A stretch of DNA of 64,000 nt from Octopus vulgaris (lineage: Eukaryota): the NCBI GenBank assembly GCA_951406725.2, contig OX597835.1, positions 39,804,001 to 39,868,000 on the forward strand. The letters run 5' to 3'. The position numbers and the translations under genes were made by a program. Of the stretch, positions 57,668-64,000 are shown in pieces. The notes beneath the pieces are model-generated. The model was not told the origin of the DNA and made no database searches. It saw only the letters and a program-made list of their open reading frames with translations. Within the stretch, counting starts at the first letter, position 1. Every line of letters begins with the position of its first letter.

Positions 57668-58020
57668 AGGCGTGTCTGTGTGTGTTATGAAGTTTGCCTT
57701 CCCAACCACACGGTCCCGGGTTCAGTCCCACCGCGTGGCATTTTGGGTAAGTGTCTTCTTACTATAGCCTCGAGCCGATGAAAGCCTTGTGAGTGGATTT
57801 GGCAGACAGAAACTGAAAGAAGCCCGTCGCATGTGTGTGTGTGTGTGTAAGTCTTTGGTTCCCTCCACCGCTTGACAACCGGTGATGGTGTGTTTATCTC
57901 CCCGTAACTTAGCTGGGCAGCAACAGCAACCGACAGGAATAAGATCTGGGCATTCGACTGAAATTGCTCAAGGCGGTACCCCAGCTTGGCCACAGTCTAA
58001 TGACTGAAACAAATAAAAGA
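57668..58020 (+). mobile_element. SINE family A copy
   Basis: Head GGGTTCAGTCCCACCGCGTGGC, tail CAGTCTAATGACTGAAAC. Confidence 0.85.
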
Positions 58021-58542
58021 TGAGTGTGTGTGTGTGTGTGTGTTTTCGTGTATGTGTGTGCGTAAAGGTGCACATGAGTGTGTTGGCGTGTGTATGCACG
58101 AGAAGGCATGTTTGCATTTAGGTTTGTTAGGGGTTCAGGGTCTTGGGTGTGTGTGTGTGTATAAGTACGAGCATCTCCTGGCGCCGGAGGGAAGGGCGTT
58201 CCCTGTGTGTGAATGTATACATATATATATGTGTGAGTATACCTATCAGTGTGTGTGTGTGCGCGTGTGTGTATGTATGCCTTTGTATGTGTGTGAGTGA
58301 ACATGGAGGAATGATTCCCTGTATATGTGTGTGTGTGCATGTATTTGTCTGTCTGTATGTGTGGATGTGTGTCCGTCTGTGTGTGTGTGTGTCTGTAGAA
58401 GATTCGTTAAATTTCAGCCAAAGACGAAAGAAAAAGAGTTAGTTGTAAGAAACAGGAAGGAGGGTGAAAGAGAAGAGGAGAAGGAAAAGGAGATTAAGGG
58501 ACGTGAGCGTGGGGAGGAGGAGGAAAGAGGCGGGGAAAACGT

Positions 58543-58574
<32 letters not shown>

Positions 58575-58717
58575 CAAACCAATGTTAACTTCGGAAGCAC
58601 ACACACACACACACACTCATTTTATATACATTTATATATTTTTTTTATTCTCTCATTTGTTTCAGTTATTTGACTGCGGCGAAGCTGGAGCACTGCCTTT
58701 ATACATATGTGTGTGTG

Positions 58718-58759
<42 letters not shown>

Positions 58760-58760
<1 letters not shown>

Positions 58761-58966
58761 TCTTTTTACTATTTTACTTGTTTCAGTCATTTAACTGTGG
58801 CCATGCTGGAGCACGACCTTTTAGTCGAGCAAATCGACCCCAGGACTTATTCTTATGTAAGCCCAGTACTTATTCTATCGGCCTCTTTTGCCGAACTGCT
58901 AAGTTACGAGGACGTAAACACACCAGCATCGGTTGTCAAGCGATGTTGGGGGGATAAACACAGTCA
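58760..58966 (-). mobile_element. SINE family A 3' half
   Basis: Reverse-complement match to the family A body and tail; an extra tail fragment lies at about 58655-58700. Confidence 0.85.
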
Positions 58967-58983
58967 CACACATATACACATAC

Positions 58984-59084
<101 letters not shown>

Positions 59085-59209
59085 CAGATATGTATAAATT
59101 ATACGCTATACCTACTTATATGCAATCTAACGAGCACACTTACACACTGACCCACTTACACGCACATAGAAATACAAGCATATACATATAAGCGTACAGA
59201 CACACAAGG

Positions 59210-59244
<35 letters not shown>

Positions 59245-59300
59245 ACGGTGGTGATCCAGCATGGCCGCAGTTGCATGGCTGATACGAAAAGAAAAGAATC

Positions 59301-59310
59301 TAGATAGATT

Positions 59311-59367
<57 letters not shown>

Positions 59368-59406
59368 GTAGGTAGGTAGATAGATAGATAGATAGATAGA
59401 TATGTT

Positions 59407-59443
<37 letters not shown>

Positions 59444-59444
59444 T

Positions 59445-59485
<41 letters not shown>

Positions 59486-59494
59486 GTAGGTAGG

Positions 59495-59566
<72 letters not shown>
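59301..59566. repeat. (GATA)n microsatellite
   Basis: Directly visible. Confidence 0.97.
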
Positions 59567-59567
<1 letters not shown>

Positions 59568-59729
59568 GTATTCATGCATATTCATATAGGCATACACGTA
59601 TGTACGCACCACACGTGTATATGTGCATGCGAGTGCGCGCAGTTATCAGTATATACCTATATGTTCATATGTGGGCACCTGAGCACTGTATACAATAATT
59701 TCATTATTATAAGGCATATATATATATTA

Positions 59730-60057
59730 TTCTTTTGCTTGTTTCGGTCATTTGACTGCGGCCTTCCTGGAGCACCGTTTTCAAAGGTATTAGTGGAAGA
59801 AATCGACCCCAGGACTTATTCTTTGTAAGCCTACTACTTATTCTATCGGACGCTTTTGCCGAACCGCGAAGGTGCTGATGTGACATAATCACACCAGCAT
59901 CGGTTGTCAAGCGATTGTAGGAGGGAAAGACACAGACACACACAAATTCACTCACATATACACACATACACACACATATATGTATATGTATATGTGCGTG
60001 TATGTATGCCAAAGCCTTGTGAGTGTATCTGGCATAAAGGAAAGTGAAAGAAGATTG

Positions 60058-60109
<52 letters not shown>

Positions 60110-60122
60110 CTCTCTCTCTCCC

Positions 60123-60153
<31 letters not shown>

Positions 60154-60381
60154 ATGTGTGTGTGTGTGTGTGTATGTGTGTGTGTTTGTATCTGTGTTTG
60201 TCCCCCCACCATCGATTGAGAACCGGTGTTAGTGAGTTTATATTCCCGTAACTTAGCGGTTCGGCAAAGAGGTCCGCTAGAATAAGTATTAGGCTCACAA
60301 AGAACAAGTCCTGGGCTTGATTTCTTCGACTGAAGGCGGTGCTCCAGCACGGCCGCAGTCAAATGACTGAAACAAATAATA

Positions 60382-60383
<2 letters not shown>
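59730..60383. mobile_element. Divergently oriented pair of SINE family A 3' halves (59730-59945 minus, 60190-60383 plus)
   Basis: Both match the family A body and tail, in opposite orientations. Confidence 0.8.
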
Positions 60384-60422
<39 letters not shown>

Positions 60423-60426
<4 letters not shown>

Positions 60427-60597
60427 AGATCGTTAGCCACTACACACATTTTTTTCTCTCCTTGTTTTTTCTGTGTCCCTTTCTGTAGGCTCGAAACGTA
60501 AAATACTTTTTCTATTCCTGAGCGTTATACTAATACATCTGTTTGTTTTGTACACCACCTGTCTTCGTCTTTTGTTTTTTTCGTAAACTCTCCTATA
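60423..60597 (+). mobile_element. Second copy of the (TA)n-flanked repeat at 32013-32200 (Penelope-like terminal repeat candidate); third copy at about 60955-61190
   Basis: Shared GTAGGCTCGAAAC...TTCCTGAGCG...ATACTAATACA...CACCTG.C.TCGTCTTTTG. Confidence 0.65.
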
Positions 60598-60640
60598 CAT
60601 ATATATATATATATATATATGCGTGTGTGTGTGTGTGTGT

Positions 60641-60686
<46 letters not shown>

Positions 60687-60813
60687 TATATAGAAGGAGC
60701 TTCTACAGGACTAGAACTCCTGTAGAAGCTCCTTCTATATAATAAATTAATTTTACTCTGCTATGTATTGAGTACCTTATTTACTGTGGTTAACCCCGAA
60801 TCAACCCGGGACC

Positions 60814-60878
<65 letters not shown>

Positions 60879-61188
60879 GCGCGCGCACTCGATCTCAGGT
60901 CTTAAAGACCAAGAATAAATTCTCTGACATTACTAGCATTGACTTATGTGCATCCACATGTTACCCCTTTTTTTTTTGTTATGTTGGACTGTTAATCCCT
61001 ACACATTTTATCTCTCCATTTCATTTTTTTCGTTCTCTTCTTTTTTTTCTCTCAACCTTTTCTGTCAAAGAGCGTAGGCTCAAAATGTCAAAGACCTCTC
61101 CAGTCTTCCCGAGTGTCAAGCTAATACACCTGCTTGCTGTTGCCTCACCTATCTTCGTCTCTTCTTTTCTGTAAATCTGTAAATTTCA

Positions 61189-61243
<55 letters not shown>

Positions 61244-61909
61244 ACATTTGCTGTAAAAAGATCCACAAAGGACGGATGTCTACCAAAGTGAATTATGCTA
61301 CAATCATTGGTGAGACAGAACGACGCAAATCGGATAGTTAAATAATCCATTATCATAGCACGGAATGCATCGATGAAGGGAAGTTCACCATTGTTTGGTA
61401 ATCCGCAACTCCAATAGGATCCAAATGTATCCAAAGATGAATGGAACCTTAAGCGTAGCGTAAAAACATGATAAAAGCAGACGGATGGGTTATCTGGTTC
61501 TCCTACAATTGTTTCGTTAAGAATCTTTATTGTGACTTAAATATAGTACAGCCAGATATACAGTAAACGTAACAACCATAAGATTATGTATTATGCCAAT
61601 TCATCAGGCTCACCGAATAAACAAGCGAGCAAATATATAAGCATCATAAATAATATATATTTGTGTGTGTGTGTGTGTGTGCATATTTCCACGTATATGT
61701 ACATTCACACACGCACATGCACAAACACACACATATACGTATGTATGTTTACATATGTATATATTCGTTCGCATTATGTCCGTTTTTCGATGGTAGCATG
61801 GGTCTGGGGCAACATTTTATTAACGGCTCGCGTATTAGGTCAATGAGTTTCATCAGTTTATCAAGAGATTTCTTTTTTATTCCACTGCTCTTCGAAAATG
61901 TTAAGCGAC

Positions 61910-61968
<59 letters not shown>

Positions 61969-62175
61969 TGTGTGTGTGTGTGTCGATGTCTGATTTCATG
62001 CCGAGTTCCAACATTAAACATTTTAACATAAACCTGAAGAACTGCTCAGTATCCTTTGTAGAGTACAAATCTATTATACTTCTACAATCAGACGAAAGCA
62101 TGCAGGCCGAAGCTTCGAAGTCACTGTCACTCACTTTTCTGTAAAAGTATAATGACTATGTGTATGTATATAAAA

Positions 62176-62239
<64 letters not shown>

Positions 62240-62385
62240 CGATACACATAAGCATACACACATATACATAAATATACATATATGTATATACACACATATA
62301 CATAAATATACATATATGTATATACACACATATACATAAATATAGATATATATATATATACACACACACATACATATATATATAT

Positions 62386-62418
<33 letters not shown>

Positions 62419-62589
62419 TATATACAGATATATATACATATATACATATATATGTACATATATACATATATATATACATATATATATACATATATACAGA
62501 TATATATACATATATACATATATATGTACATATATACATATATATATACATATATATACATATATATATATACATATATATATATATAC

Positions 62590-62658
<69 letters not shown>

Positions 62659-62737
62659 TATACATATATATATATATACATACATATATATGTACATATA
62701 TATATATATATATATACATTTATATATATATATATGA

Positions 62738-62813
<76 letters not shown>

Positions 62814-63320
62814 ACATATATATACATATATGCACGTATGTGTGTGCGCGCTCGCACGAGTTCAAGTGTAAACACTCGGCCCCACTAGAAAAATAATTTG
62901 TAACTTGCATCGTGGACCATAACGCTGGAGGTGTGTGGTGGGGGCGTGGAGGTGAATATCTTTGATTTTAATCAGCACCAGTTACAGCGCTGGGGAAAAT
63001 TCAATGAAAGAATCGCGCAGCATCCCCACCACCATCACCACCATCACCACCACCACCACCACTACAAACACCACCATCAGTACCACCATCGTTATCATCT
63101 CCATGATCTCTTAACTGTGAGAGATCAAAAGCAACCTAATACCCTGTTGGGATTTGAACTCGAAAATTTAAGTGGACGGATTTAAATGACTATCCGTAGA
63201 TTAGTTCAGCGTTCTGTCATTTAGCCTCAACATCCAGTCAACGACTCTTGCCTTAAAAATATATATACACGCACGCACACACATTACCTTCAAACACACA
63301 CGCACTCTCTCTTTCTCTCT

Positions 63321-63373
<53 letters not shown>

Positions 63374-63667
63374 CACATACTGTACTCATACATACATGCA
63401 TACATACATGTATGCATACATACGTACGTACATACATACATACATACATACATACATACATACATACATACATACATACATACATACATACATACATACG
63501 TACGTACGTACATACATACATACATACATACATACATACATACATACATACATACATACATGCATACCAATCTTGAGAAATTTGGTTTCTCAAAACGTTA
63601 AGGAGAAAGCTGATACGAAGGCTACAGATCGAAGCCATCACTGGAACTGTAAAAATCTGTAAAACTT

Positions 63668-64000
63668 TCCTTAAATCCTTAAATCCATAAAAATGTTTTA
63701 GCCCGAAGGCCGCGAACATGCTGGGGCACCACCGCTGAATGAGCTACACTAATATGTGAATCCACCTCTGATACGTGGCACTTGATCAACAAGGGAGTTC
63801 GATGCTGCTGCCCGCATCTGCGTCTCCTGTCGTGAGGTAGGTTCATCTGGGACTCCCGATAAGAAGAGATCCAGTTTAGTTTTAAAGAAACCCACATCCA
63901 CACCATGTAAGTCTCTCAAGTATTTAGGGAGGATGTTAAAGAGCTGTGGTCCTCTGAAACCCAAGCTGTTGCAGTATCTGGACCTGTATTTTGATGGTGA
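63668..64000 (-). mobile_element. 3' end of a LINE (CR1/L2-group-like): ORF2 C-terminus, 3' UTR and (GGATTTAA)n tail; runs off the window end
   Basis: Minus-strand frame ...RYCNSLGFRGPQLFNILPKYLRDLHGVDVGFFKTKLDLFLSGVPDEP...SNSLVDQ...* resembles non-LTR ORF2 C-termini (FK..LD.FL); short 3' UTR with a stem-loop and 8-nt tandem tail. Confidence 0.8.

Overview
AT-rich, microsatellite-saturated animal genomic DNA. The SINE repertoire and repeat style point to a coleoid cephalopod, most likely Octopus (inference from recalled repeat families; no search was run). Almost all ORF-track entries are artefacts of (TA)n, (CA)n, (TACA)n, (GATA)n and trinucleotide tracts. The one convincing host coding sequence is a large first coding exon on the minus strand (46434->44820). 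It has two eh1 motifs, an FPW motif and a phase-1 GTAAGT donor, which best fits an Msx-type homeobox gene. I found no homeobox exon in the window, implying an intron of more than 44 kb. The rest is transposable-element debris: many tRNA-derived SINEs (several modular families, one ~7-unit array), a decayed DD37D (maT-type) Tc1/mariner element, mariner- and hAT-type MITEs, the 3' end of a LINE, and several short (TA)n-embedded elements that look like Penelope-like terminal repeats. Most interesting signals: (1) minimal hammerhead-ribozyme-like motifs with non-canonical cores (a U3-A8 variant in sense orientation in the putative Msx intron, and an A6U family in three copies); (2) fold-back hairpins in (TA)n-embedded elements of the same type; (3) a covarying 3' stem-loop shared by the LINE and the SINE tails. 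None of these has been tested computationally or experimentally.
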